Positions 50,751-63,056 of a stretch of 64,000 nt of DNA are shown here, piece after piece. Source of the DNA: Okamejei kenojei (Eukaryota). A program made the translations under genes and the position numbers. The DNA lies in contig CM069150.1 of the NCBI GenBank assembly GCA_035221665.1, forward strand, positions 12,400,001 to 12,464,000, in the 5' to 3' direction. The notes below the pieces were generated by a model. It saw only the letters and a list, made by a program, of their open reading frames with translations. It ran no database searches and was not told where the DNA came from. Position 1 is the first letter of the stretch. The number at the start of each line of letters is the position of its first letter.

Positions 50751-52852
50751 GACCTTGAAGTAATCAATCTGTTAAAACGGCATTCAGTCTGTTTAATGTG
50801 CTATCAATCAAGCTGATTGCATTGTATGGAAGTGATGAACTTCTTTGATGTTGTTGAAACTAAACTATCCAGGCAGAAGAGAACGCCATCACACCACTTT
50901 TTTTGTTGATGGCACAAGTAAGGAGGCAAGTCAAACACCCTGTCGCTGATCCATTGTTATAATCATGTTATTTAAGTAGCTGGTCCAGTTAAGATTATGG
51001 TTATTCATTTTTTTAAATCAATGCTACTCAGTATTCTCCTGGGGAATAAGTTAGTGGAATTGATTATGCCATGCACCTGAGAGGGCAATGGTGAGATTTC
51101 CATTTATTGCAACGATGCAGAAGTTCCTTCCTACATAACCAGCCTTTAACTGAATATTCTCTGTCTTGAGATAATCGTAAAGTGCTGGAGGAACTCGGCA
51201 ACAACTGTGTGGGGGGAAAGGATGGGTGATGTTTCAGGTCGGATCCTTCTTAAGACTGAAAGTAGGGTGTGGGGAGGGAGAGTTGAAAGCCTGGAGGTGA
51301 GAAAAGACGGCACAAATGACCTCGGGCAAGATGGTGCCTGGCCTCCCCTCCCCCCCCCCACCCCCATCCCTTACCCTCCTACTTTCAGTCTGAAGAATGG
51401 TCACAATCCAAAATGTCACATCCTTTTTCCCCAGATATGCTGCCTGACCCGCTAAGTTACACCTGCACTTTGTGTCCATTTTCGGTATAAACCAGCATCT
51501 GCAGTTCCTTTTTTCTACATTCACTGAGTCTTGTTCCATATGGGCAGAGATTGCTTCAATAACTGAAGAACGGTAACCGTGAACAGGATGAAAAGCATCC
51601 TCACTTCTGACCATAGAATGCAGGTCGATTAAAGGGCAATGCATGCACAAAAAATCAGTTTGCTTTTCAGATGTTAAATCACGCTAAAATGTTGGATATC
51701 TCAAACTTTAACAATTCAATAGCAACATCATACTGTTGGTTCATAACTGGATTTACTAGTCTCATGGTCATTTACTGCAGTTCATTTGAATTTAACTTTA
51801 AAGCATAAAGTTGACACTCTATGTTGGCTCATTCTATGCAGTGATTCATTTTAGCTTGGAATAAGACTCCTTTGTCAGGTTTCTCTTCAACTATGTGTGA
51901 CTGAACATGCCTTTCAGTTTTCATACCTCACCCTAAATCATCATTATCTTTGAAAACATTAGCGACGCAGTGGTGCTCGCTCTAAAGGTCAGTTTTTTTC
52001 ATGTGATGCTTCTTAGCATGTTTGGCTGGAGGGTCTTGTATCTTGTGTGTGTCTTTACCTGATGTGTACTTTTTTAATAAAGCACTAAACGTCTGAAATA
52101 TTTAAGAAAGAACTGCAGATGCTGGAAAAATCGAAGGTAGACAAAAATGCTGGAGAAACTCAGATGGTGAGGCAGTGAAATAATAGATTCCTTCGCTCCA
52201 TCGATGCTGCCTCACACGCTGAGTTTCTCCAGCATTTTTTGTCTACCTTAAACTTCTGGAATAGATTACTTAGGCATGATTAAAGTGCCTCTCCACTCCA
52301 GTGCGATTAATAATCGACTGGTGACAAACTAGTGGCATAGTTGTCTTCTGACTGGACAAACAATTTGGAGGTTGAGAATGCAGATCCCACCTCAATAACA
52401 AATTGTGTTACTAAATTCAATTAATTTGTGGGCAGCACCGGAAGAACAGTAATGAAAGTTGCATGATGGTTATGAAATCTAATCAATTAACTAATATCTC
52501 TGCAGTGACCTACATTTAGTTCCAGTCACACATTTCACAGTCGGCTTCTAATTTTCTGAATAGCTTACTGGAATAATTCAACTATTTATCTTGGAAAGAA
52601 GATAATACAAGTACTGCAAACTTACTGACTACAGATACCTAGAGAAAATAAATTATTATTGTATGGCTTACTAGCTAAGTAGTACAAAGCAAGAATTAAA
52701 CTGGAACCTTGCCTGTGTTGTTTAGAAAAGAACTTTGCTTTGTCAAGGACTTGATTGTGGACTTCGTAACAGCGAGCAATGGAGGTGTTTATTTAGGACT
52801 GTCGACTAAGTGACGTGCTGGCAGCTAACTCGTCTGTGTTTTTTGTCCCCAG

Positions 52853-52993
52853 GATGCCTTTGTGGTGCTATATGGGAATAACGCTGCTGCACGTAACCGT
52901 GAGTTACAGGAGACGGCCATGAAATGGTTTGTAGCACTAATGGCATTGGGTGCAACACTAGCCGTTGTTGCGTATGTGGCCCGGAGAAGGTAA
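52853..52993 (+). CDS. bcl2l1: Bcl-xL last coding exon (helix 8 plus C-terminal TM anchor)
   Basis: Branch-like CTAAC (52825), pyrimidine tract, CCCCAG|GAT; DAFVVLYGNNAAARNRELQETAMKWFVALMALGATLAVVAYVARRR* matches mammalian DTFVELYGNNAAA...; phase 0 fits the 29085 donor. Absent from the ORF track. Confidence 0.95.
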   Translation, partial: DAFVVLYGNNAAARNRELQETAMKWFVALMALGATLAVVAYVARRR

Positions 52994-53981
52994 CGGCTAC
53001 GAAACTACACTAAGGAGCAAGCCTTGGCTAACAACCACTACGTAAGAAGACACATTGGACTGGCATGACTCTGAAAGCCACCGCAGTGGATTGCAGTTAA
53101 TTCCATAATGGGACCAATTCTCATCTACTTGTATATTTTGCATAGTCTATGTGTATTCAGTTTACAAATACGAACCATTCAGGCTGGTGCTGTGACAAAA
53201 TGAAGATTATCTGCATGAAAATCAACTACAGTGAGTGAAGCTAAGATCTGACTGAGGAACTCTGCCTCTACAGCTAATGTGACTGTGCGCTGCATTGCCA
53301 AAGGTGCATGACCCGAGTTTTGGAGTTAACGTGACAGTGTCGAGGTGCCTGTCATATATGACTGAGCGGAATGGGAGGGAGACTGCACAGGAAGAAAACT
53401 ATGTCCCTGGGATTCAGGAGAGATATACTTGCAGCAGAGGAGAAAGCTGCTGCTCGGTCCCAGGACATCTGAAACTTAGAAACCAAAGGAAGTAGCGAGG
53501 AACTCCCTCTAGAAGGAGCTGCCAGAATAACATAAGAGAAGGGTGCAACTTTTTGACGTTTATTTACAGATCCAATATTCTTTGTAATTGGCTGGGATGG
53601 GACAGGCACTCAAGGTTAATACCAAGCCAGTCTCAATGGACTCTGTTCTCGAGGCTTGCTGGGTAACCATGATCAAAGGACAATGTAGAAGAGTTTGAGT
53701 CAACTTTCATGGTGCAGTTTCAAGGTTCAACTGCTTCTCAGCAGGAATTTGAAAGGTATTGTGGCCATTTTCTCAAGATGGTGTTAAATCATTTGTGAAA
53801 GGTTGTGTGACGTGCAGGTCCCCTCATTTCCTTAATGTACAACAATTATTTTGAAACTTTGGATCATGTGAAGGTTGAAAGTGTGATAGTTGGTCACTAT
53901 CCATTGTAATCATTCCTTGTTAGTTTGCTGCTTACACCACATTAGGAGCGAGACTTTTACACAGGATATCTTAAAATTTAA

Positions 53982-54046
53982 ATTAAAATAATTTGTTTTT
54001 AAATTAAACAGTGAAATTCTGCTCTCTGGTGTGTTTGTTATTTTTT
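53982..54046 (+). terminator. Candidate bcl2l1 polyadenylation signal
   Basis: ATTAAA at 53982 and 54003, followed by GU/U-rich GGTGTGTTTGTTATTTTTT. Confidence 0.45.
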
Positions 54047-54805
54047 CCCTGCTGCATTGTGTTGCCAGATCATTTTGACTGTTGTGACTGTCATATGTCT
54101 GTTGCTGTACCTGAGTCTTCAATATGGCAAATGTCAATGGATAATGATCTGGGGAGAGATCATGAACATTTTATCCCAGAAGCCAATTGCAAAATCAATA
54201 ATCCGTCCTTTCACATAGAAAGCAGCCATTGGGCTTGCCCTGTATTGCACTGAAATAGCCATCCAATTTGTCTATTTACTCTTTCCGCGTAGCTTTCCAA
54301 TTAGTTTACAACAAATTCCTTTTAACTTTGCAACTCTGTTTACTGCCACTGCCTTTTTTTAAGGAAATGCATTCCAGATCATAACTTAATGTATAATTTT
54401 GTTTTCCTTCTGCTCTGATTCTTTTGCCTGATGGCTAAATTTGGCCCTGGATGAGCTTGTACTTGTTGCAAGCAGTGGCAGTGTTTGGTCAGCAACATAA
54501 TTAGTGCAGAGCCATATCCAAAGCTTGATCTCCACACTGATGGTAAGAATACAGTTAGAGCTTTCCTTTTGATAACTATAAATGCTGTTCAATTTACAGC
54601 CAGTGCTTTATTTGGGCTTGGGTAAGCAAAAGGTATACCAGTAGTCGCTGTTCAGAGCACACCTTCCTGTGTCTGGAAACAAAAGTACAGGTTCATGGAC
54701 ACTTCCTTACCAATGGAATGTTTAATTCCACCCTTTTCATGCAGTGAATTATGCTGGTGATATTTCTCAAGCATGCTTGTGCCACAGAATTTAAGAAGAG
54801 CAACC

Positions 54806-54811
54806 TTTATT
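54806..54811 (-). terminator. Candidate cox4i2 polyadenylation signal AATAAA
   Basis: TTTATT on the + strand, ~160 nt past the cox4i2 stop; a second copy at 54607-54612. Confidence 0.55.
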
Positions 54812-54972
54812 ACAAGTTGCATTATTACAGCAATGACATTTTAATTATTAAAAGCTGCTGAAGGCACGTGTGCTTAGTTTACATTTCATTTAGACACTGA
54901 GAGGATGAAAATAGGCCATTTAAAGTAGTTCCATTGGCGATTGTTGGAATCTCAGGCTTCGGTCTGAAACGA

Positions 54973-55109
54973 TTACTTCTTCCACTCATTCTTCTCGTAA
55001 TCCCATTTGGACGCAATTCCCTCAATAGGGTTCATGCGCATTTCCAGCATTCTTTTGATTTGTTTTCGTTGCCACTCCTCACCGAAGGTGTGTGGTTGGG
55101 AGGGATAAA
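54973..55109 (-). CDS. cox4i2: Cytochrome c oxidase subunit 4 isoform 2, last coding exon
   Basis: Acceptor ttgtttcAG|; (V)[44 protein letters not shown], the COX4 C-terminus; phase matches the upstream exon; isoform 2 assigned from convergent synteny with bcl2l1. Confidence 0.93.
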
Positions 55110-55514
55110 CTGAAACAAATAGGAAAGCCGCAATTAGGCCAGAGCAAGAATGGCACTGCTTTTACTCAGCATACCACCCCTGTCATCCACTAGAGAGAAG
55201 AAAATGAGCTACTGGTCCAGGAAGCACTGTTAGATGAGTCTTTGAAAGTTTGGACATAAAATAAGAGAAGATAGATTTGTGAAAAGCGCTGCAGCGGCTA
55301 TGGGTCTGATGGTAATGGCGGAGCATGCTAATATGTGTGCTGGGGTAGGAGTTGCAGATTCAAGAATGGATTGGATGCTCTAGGCTAGGGAGGTGATTTT
55401 GATGTGCTAGGAGATGGAAGTGTCTGTCTGTAACATGATCTGATGGTTTGGGTGGGTGGGCAGGGGGAGAAAACAGAAATTATAGCAGAGGAGCAGATGG
55501 AATTCAGCAACATT

Positions 55515-55790
55515 TAGTTTAGACATACAACATGAAAACAAGCCCTTCGGCCCACTGAGTCCGCGCTGACAAACGATCTCCCGTACACTAGTTCCGTCTT
55601 ACACACTAGGGATAATTTTACAGAAGCAATTAACCTAAAAACCTGCACGTCTTTGGAATGTGGGAGAAAACTGGAGCACCCAGAGAAAACTCACGCAGTT
55701 ACAACTCTGTACAGACAGCACCTGTAGTCAAGATGGAACCCGAGTCTCTGGTGCTGTAAGACAGTAACTCTACCACTATGCCACCCAACA
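55515..55790 (-). mobile_element. HE1-like SINE
   Basis: Matches the copy at 58704-59020. Confidence 0.8.
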
Positions 55791-56454
55791 CCCATTTTAA
55801 TGATGGAGGGGCCGAGGAGCAAAATAAATGACTGTAGGTGAGAAAACTGGATTAATCTGAATAGATACAGCCTTATTTGCCAAATATTTCCTGCTTTGCT
55901 TTTTTTAAATTTCCAACTGGTGCGATATTTTGCTTTTGTCATGATGGTTAGGACTCGTTTGAGCCAAACACGTCCTCTATCACCTTGGGTATTGTTCAAT
56001 AGATTTGCTTGGTTGTAGTTATTGGAGCAGTCTAGCAGTTGTAAAGTGCAGCTGTGAATTATCCCATGGGAAAATAGGAAAACAAGGAGACTGTTGCAAG
56101 ATCTGAACTTATGACACTGAAAACCTGAGTCAAAAGACATTGGAAACTACTTTTAATACCCTGCGTATGCAGTTAGACATTGCTATACTACTCTGAATAT
56201 TCTCAGCATCTGTGGAAATCTAGAAAATAGGTACACGAGTAGGCCATTCAGCCCTTTGAACCAGCACCGCCATTCAATAAAATCAGTACCCAGTTCCGGC
56301 TTTTTCCCCCATATCACTCGATTCCCTGAGCCCTAAGAGCTAAATCTAACTCTTTTGAAAGCATCCAGTGTATTGGCCTCCACTGCCTTCTGTGGCAGAG
56401 AATTCCACAGATTCACAATGTGGAGAGTGACAATTTTCCACAACAGCTACAAGA

Positions 56455-57080
56455 ATGCACCGGGTGGCGCCAGCAATGGCTGCTTTGCCAACAGTCTGTC
56501 TGTCCCTTCTTTGTGTTTTAATAGTATGTGTCAAATGTATGTTTTTAGTGTTCTTTAGCATGTTTTATGTCGGTGGGGGGGGTGGAACTTTTTCTAATCT
56601 CTTGGCTCGGCGGAGATGCGATTTTATCCATATTGTATCTGTTCGCACTGCGGCCTAACATCAAGGAGTTGGCAGCCTTTGCTTGAAACGTTTGAGAACT
56701 CTACCACGGGGAGCCTACGGGACTTTAGCATCGCGGAGTGCGATCCCTTTGCCAGGGATCGGCCTCGGAGCTCTAGATGTGGGTGCTTGCGGACTTAACA
56801 TAACGGAGCTCGCGGTCTCTGGTCAGAGACCGACTTCGGAAACTCCAAGCCACGGGAGCTTCGACTGCCCCGACGGATCATTCGACTGCCCCGACCGCGG
56901 GAGAATAAAGAGGAAGCAGATTGGACTTTTTTGCCTTCCATCGCAGTAAGGAATCAGTGTGGTGGCTGTTTATGTTGACTTATGCAGTTGTGTCTTGTTG
57001 CTTTTTTTTTTGTATGGCTGTACGGTGATTCACATATCACTGTACCTTAATTGGTACATGTGACAATAAAATACCTTTTA
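56455..57080 (+). mobile_element. GC-rich non-autonomous retroelement with a Rex1-like tail
   Basis: Ends CACTGTACCTTAATTGGTACATGTGACAATAAA; no intact ORF. Confidence 0.45.
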
Positions 57081-57629
57081 AACCTTTGAAGAGTGAGAAA
57101 ACATGCCTGTTTGAAGTTGCAAAAGACAGAGGGCTGGAGAGGCAAAATAAATATGTGATATGGTTGAAACCAAAATAATCCTGGTGATAGGTGTTGTCTA
57201 AGAAAAGGAAACAAATGCTTGAAGATCTGCCAGAAGTGTAAATTAGTACATGAACAAGGAGCAGAAAATAAAAATCCCACTCTTTTACAATTTAAAGCAC
57301 ACCTTTTTGTCACTAACATTTATGATTTAAATTAATGTTAATTGATTCTCCCTCCACAATTTCTGCCTGACCCAAGTATCTCCAGCACTCTCTGTTTTCA
57401 GTGAATGCTGTTTTTTTGGTTTGACACAATGGTGCTGGACACAATAAATATAACTGGGAGAGTGATGATGCCATAGCCTTGTCCTTGAGTAATAAGAACT
57501 CCAGTACTGACAATGGCAAGAAAGATCTAGCCCTATCAATTCCTAGTTCATCGCCTCAAGCTCGTAAAAACAGGAGTGAGAATCAGTTAACAATATGAAA
57601 GGTTTTAGCCAGTCACACAGTAAGTGTTT

Positions 57630-58250
57630 GGATCTGGAAGTGAAGATGGTTGAGAGCTTCAAGTTTCTTCGTGTAAATATCACCAACAACTTGACCTGGT
57701 CCAACCATATCGAAGCTGTGGCCGAGAAAGCACACCAATGCTCTTGTCCTCAGATGACTAAGTAAATTTGGCATGTCCCCAATGACTCTTACCAATTTCT
57801 AAAGAGCATCACAGAAAGCCACCCGTTGTGACGCATCACAGTATGGACAACTGTTCTGCCCAAGACTACAATAAACTCGTGTCGTGGATACAACACAATC
57901 CATTACGTAAATTGGCCTTCCCCTACACTTCACACTGCCTTAAACAGCCAACATAATTGCACATCCTCTCCCTGGTCATTTCCTCATCTCCCATTGGGCA
58001 TTAGGTACAAATGCTTGAAAGGACATACCACCAGATCAAAGAACAGCTTTGTCCTCGCTGTTAGACTATTGAATAATCTCTCATAAGGTAAGGATGATCT
58101 CCCAATTTACCTCATTGCAGCCTTGCACCATATTTCAAAACTGCGCTTTCTCCGTAGCAATAACACAGTATTCTGTGCTATGTTGTAATCATATTAGAAT
58201 TTGTCTGAATAGCATGCAAAAAAAAGTCACTATTTCAGTGTACATGACAA
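57630..58250 (+). mobile_element. Degraded Rex1/Babar-like LINE 3' fragment
   Basis: VESFKF..., KKAHQ, YHQIKEQL-like remnants paralleling 50060-50540. Confidence 0.65.
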
Positions 58251-58703
58251 TCATAATGAATCAATTGTTCCACAGGGTGCATGTGCACACATCAGTAAAT
58301 GTGAAGTTCTAATAAAGGCAATTGCCAACAAAATGTCCGATTGCCAAATTCTGTGGGATTGAAAACTCGGATCAAGTATTACATGAAGGATACTTGGTTG
58401 GAATGTGGTGATGTCTGGGCAGCAGGCCATTGACAACTACTGCAGTTTTCCGTACGTATGGCAACACCAGTAGGAAATGTATTGGAGGTCATGTACATAT
58501 TTTTTAACCTCCTATTCCAACCCTGATCTTAACACTGAGGTGAGTGGCCTAGGTACATGTCGAAGGTGACCCTTTAGTTTTACAGCAGCCTCGGTGTCTA
58601 GCATGGTCCCAATCAGTGGAATGGAGTGGCCAACCTTCATTTAAATTGTGAGATTAGAGCGACCATTTGGTGATTTAAAAAAAGTCTATTAATGGATTCT
58701 CTA

Positions 58704-59020
58704 GTTTAGTTTAGCGTTTAGTTTAGTTTAGACATACAATATGGAAACAGGCCCACCGGGTCCGCTCCGACCAACGATTCCCGCACATTAACACTATCCT
58801 ACACCCACTAGGGACAATTTTTACATTTACCGAGCCAATTAACCTCCAAACCTGTACGTCTATGGAGTGGAGGAGGAAACCGAAGATCTCGGAGAAAACC
58901 CATGCAGGTCACGGGGCGAACGTACAAACTCCGTACAGACAGCACCCATGGTCGGGATCGAACCCGGGTCTCCAGCGCTGCATTCGCTGTAAGGCAGCAA
59001 CTCTACTGCTGCGCCACCGT
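58704..59020 (-). mobile_element. Intact HE1-like tRNA-derived SINE
   Basis: Minus strand: ACGGTGGCGCAGCAGTAGAG (A box), GGTTCGATCCC (B box), central GTTTCCTCC domain, (CTAAA)n tail. Confidence 0.85.
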
Positions 59021-60596
59021 TAAAAAAAAATCTAATTTTTAAAAAATTAATATATATATTCAGCTGCTTCCAAAAGTGTGTCAGGGCAGTGTGTGGACAG
59101 CGCCGATGTCCAATGCTGCTGGTACATTGGGCACTGATACAAGGATGTAACAATACAGGAGGAACACCAATAAATGCTTGTTAATATCTATAGCCTACCT
59201 CATCTTCAGCAGTACATAGCCTAAGCAGTTAGAACATTCCTGAATCATGGTGTATGCACAGACATAGGGTAAGCCTTGAGCATGTGACAGATATGGGGGA
59301 AAATAATGGAACAAACCCAACGGATTCATTACAAATATTTTTGAAAGTATCAAAAATAAGGGCTGTCATTGGGCAGAGTTAACCTGATGCACTGCACTAC
59401 TCTTGCTTCTGTCGGCAATCTCTTAATTTTCCAAGCAGTTAACAAACAAGGTTAAAATGGCAGCCTGATTATTGCAAAACTGAAATGGCCAATGGTAACA
59501 CAGTGGGTGGAGCAATATAGGCAGCAGGATTGGTAAAAGAGCATAACAACATGGGAGAGAAACACTTGCAAAAGATAGTCGTCAGTAGAAAACCAGAAAT
59601 AACTTTATCACCAGCGAGTGTCTCGAGACATAGTACTGCTGTACTGTGTAACAAATAGAGGGGCAAAAAACAAAATGCTGGAAACTTAGCAGGTCAAGTT
59701 GCATCTGTAGGCTGAAACACAGTTAACGTTGCGGACCTAAGAATCTTTGTCAGAATGGAGGAAATTTTGGTTGACAGCCAGGAGAATATTGGAAGACAAA
59801 GTCTGGTGGGAAAAGCATAGAGAGGGGTTTAGAAGGAGGTGCATTTGGTGAGGGAAGGAGATCTGGAACAGTGTTCATGATGAAAATAGTTTTGGAAGCT
59901 CGGCTCAGAATTAAACAATACTATGTCACCAAGCAACTGGGTTCTGCCTCAATCACCAGGAGTGGTCTACAGTTGCGGGAGAAGCAAAAGCAGTTTGTGA
60001 CACAGCCGGAAAAAAAAATAATGATAACATTAGCTGGAGAAACTCTCTTCATCCAGTATTGGTCATTGGCAAGCTATTTCATGATTAAGAAGAAATGGAG
60101 GGGTAGAAGGATACTGCACATAAACAGGTCCCATGGTCCACCGAGTCTGTGCCACTGTAAACTATTAATTTACTCTAATCCCATTTTATTCCTCGTACAT
60201 TCCCCTTAGCTCCCCCAGATTCTACATGCACATTAGGGGCAATTTAGTACGGCCAAGTAACCTGCCTATCCGCATGTCTTTGGGGTGCAGGAACAAACCA
60301 GAGCACCCAAGGGAATCCCACGCAGTCTTGGGGAGAATGTGCTGTGTCTGCATCCATATGGAAACTGTTACTGTTCTTGACACTGTTGGCAGGGGACATG
60401 ATTCACCTGAGAATTAGCCCAGAGACAAAGGTGGATTCCTCAAGGACTGTGTATGTGTTAGTTCAGAAGGTCAATCCATTGAAGGATTAACCTCCTGCAC
60501 TAACACACATGTAGTCCTTGTTATAGTATGCTTAACCCTTGCATTACAGTCTGCTTAACCCTTGCATTACAGACACCCTGAGATTATAGCATAACC

Positions 60597-61260
60597 TATA
60601 ATGTAAAGGTTAAGCAGACTCAACTAAAATTGAGTTTGCTTAAAATTGAATAAAATTGACTGTCAGCTAACAGCCAGATGCATGCTTTGTCAACTAAATT
60701 AACAGCACATGTCAAGCATGTAGGCTCGCTTAGAAAAACAATTAGATGTTTGTGAAAATACTTGGGCTAACTTGGAAGAACCAGTAAATCACGAGGCCAC
60801 AAAGAAACTTTTACCTTATTGGAGACACCCGTGACTGGCTCAGCTCCTGGTGTGACGAATAACAGTCAACCGTTGTTCTTAGATGGGGGTAGTAGCTCAG
60901 GCTTTTACACACGAGCTCGCATCTCTTCACCTCGGGCAGAGCTTCCAGAGTAGAGCCAGACTACACAGGTTCCCCAAGAGTTCTCCAGCACCAGCTTTCC
61001 CAACAAGCTTTGAAGTTACAGCCTTTAAATGCTGAAGGATTTGTGAGATTCGGTGTTTATTTGCCACTTTCTGCTGCTATTTATATTGTGGTTTATTTGT
61101 GTTTTTATAGCTGCTTTACGAGAAGTTGTATTGCCATTCTATTGCTAACTTCTCATTGTTGCTTTAATAAATGTTTGTGCTTTAAATTTTATATTGTCTG
61201 AGTTCTTCCATCATTGATCTGAATCCTTGAAACCTGCTAATTTCTGATTGTGTCCTATAA
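60597..61260 (+). mobile_element. Solo LTR, same family as 24894-25459
   Basis: Shared blocks TGTAA.GGTTAA.CAGACT, TGTCAGCTAA, GCTTAG.AAAACAA, CTTGGGCTAA, GCTTTAATAAAT, TTCTTCCAT..ATTGATC.GAATCCTT. Confidence 0.7.
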
Positions 61261-61539
61261 CTTTTGTTATATTCGATCAAGTAATTTAAGTGTATTCCTG
61301 TATCACCATTAGCAATGACAAAACAATCAGATCCCTTTTGATGTTGAAAGGGAAAACTGCCACATTGTTTTCAAATAAGATCATAGAATAATTTGCAGTC
61401 ACCAAGAAGCCCTCTTGATTCACTGGCAGCTTGGACATTGCAGTCTAGCAGCCCCGATTTTGTGCTGAAATGGGGCTTCAACTCACAACCTTCAATCTCA
61501 CCTGAGAGTGACCAGCTGCTGAAAGTTATAATGTAGTAA

Positions 61540-61745
61540 AAAGGAACTGCAAGTGCTGGTTTATACCAAAGATAGACACAAAATGCTGGTGTAACTCAGG
61601 TCAGACCAAGCCACATCTCCAGAGAAAATGGATAGGTGATGTTTCAGGTCAGGACCATTCTTTAGAATGAAGAAGGGTCACAACCCAAAACGTCACCAAT
61701 GCATTTTGTCCAGAAATGCTGCCTGACCTGCTGAGTTACTCCAAA
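61540..61745. mobile_element. Penelope-like terminus pair in inverted orientation
   Basis: Same fold-back terminus motif as 6042-6204 and 52108-52248. Confidence 0.65.
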
Positions 61746-62166
61746 TTGTTGAAAATTATAAACTGTTTATGAGCAGGATACAGGATAAACTGGTAAATGC
61801 CAATAGCTGGTGCCATTATATTGAGAAAAAAATGTTTGAATTGAGAGAAGATAAGCTACAAATGCCTTGTTCTTTTGTGCAGCCTATACATAAATTTTAC
61901 AGTCAAGAGGTTGCTATTTATGAAGGGCCTTCACAGCAGCCTAGGATGAACTGAAGGGAAATTGGAAACAAAAAACACTCAACCCCAAACTACTGGCAGT
62001 TCTGAAGCCCCAGTTGACAGCAGTCAGTGCTGCACCTAGCCTAGTGTTTGACTGAACCTGTCACTAAATAAGCCAGATCTAATCAGTAACAAGGGTTCCT
62101 CAATTCCAATAAACTCTCCACAATGTGTGATGATGGAAAAGGGATAAGGACAGAAAGGGGGCTCAC

Positions 62167-62298
62167 CGTTGGCTGTCTGCCACCACACAATCAGGCCAGT
62201 GAATCCGATGAAAATGAACACACCGCCCACAACAGTCTTCCACTCGTTGCTTTTTCTGGACATCTCCGTGTAGCTCTGGTGGAAAGCTACACGGTACA
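62167..62298 (-). CDS. cox4i2: Cytochrome c oxidase subunit 4 isoform 2, penultimate coding exon (TM helix); upstream exons lie outside the window
   Basis: 132-nt exon ctAG|TGTAC...AACG|GTGAG; LYRVAFHQSYTEMSRKSNEWKTVVGGVFIFIGFTGLIVWWQTAN. Confidence 0.93.
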
Positions 62299-62829
62299 CT
62301 AGATTAAAGCAAACATGGGATTAATCCACAAGGAGACAGCAAATATTCACTGAATTATGCCCCACAACAAATGAAATGGGTCCGAAATTCTCTCATTGTT
62401 TTAAAGGGAAACAAATCTTAGTGATAGAGAACTGTGGTGTTTTTGGGGTCGTTGCAGGTCTTAAGTTATAGAAAGTTCAGGACAGTTCAGTTCAAATTAT
62501 GGAAAGTTCAGGACAGTTTCAACATTCCCCACTGGGCCTCTCTGCTGTCTACTGCGGTCCCGGTGAGAGCAGGATTTTTCCTTCTCATGAGCAATCTGCA
62601 TTATTTAGCAAGACAATTTCTACCTTTTTCCTTCCCCAGGTATGACAGTGATGTTACCCACAGACCCAATCGTTCATGTGATTACACAAGTGTCTACAAC
62701 TGTGTTATAAACAGCTTAGCTTGCCTTTGGATGTGCTATTGAATGCAGCTTAAAACTACCGTCCAAGCTTTCCTGGGCTTTTAACAAATAATCCAGGGAT
62801 GTTGCAAATCTGGATCCCAATAAGCATTA

Positions 62830-63056
62830 TAGAAACATAGAAAATAGGTGCAGGAGTAGGCCATTCGGCCCTTCGAGCCTGCACCGCCATTCAATATGAT
62901 AATGGCTGATCATCCAACTCAGTATCCTGTACCTGCCTTCTCTCCATACCCCCTGATCCCTTTAGCCACAAGGGCCACATCTAACTCCCCCTTAAATATA
63001 GCCAATGAACTGGCCTCAACTACCTTCTGTGGCAGAGAATTCCACAGATTCACCAC
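62830..63056 (-). mobile_element. Short 5'-truncated CR1 copy, nearly identical to 43135-43360
   Basis: Shared TAGAAACATAGAAAATAGGTGCAGGAGTAGGCC... tail. Confidence 0.9.

Noticed and set aside
58930-59020. tRNA gene-like A/B boxes
   Set aside because: Head of a multi-copy SINE; no complete cloverleaf.
62036-62166. C-terminal extension of the COX4 ORF in the track
   Set aside because: Intron sequence past the G|GTGAG donor; the real C-terminus is exon 54973-55109.
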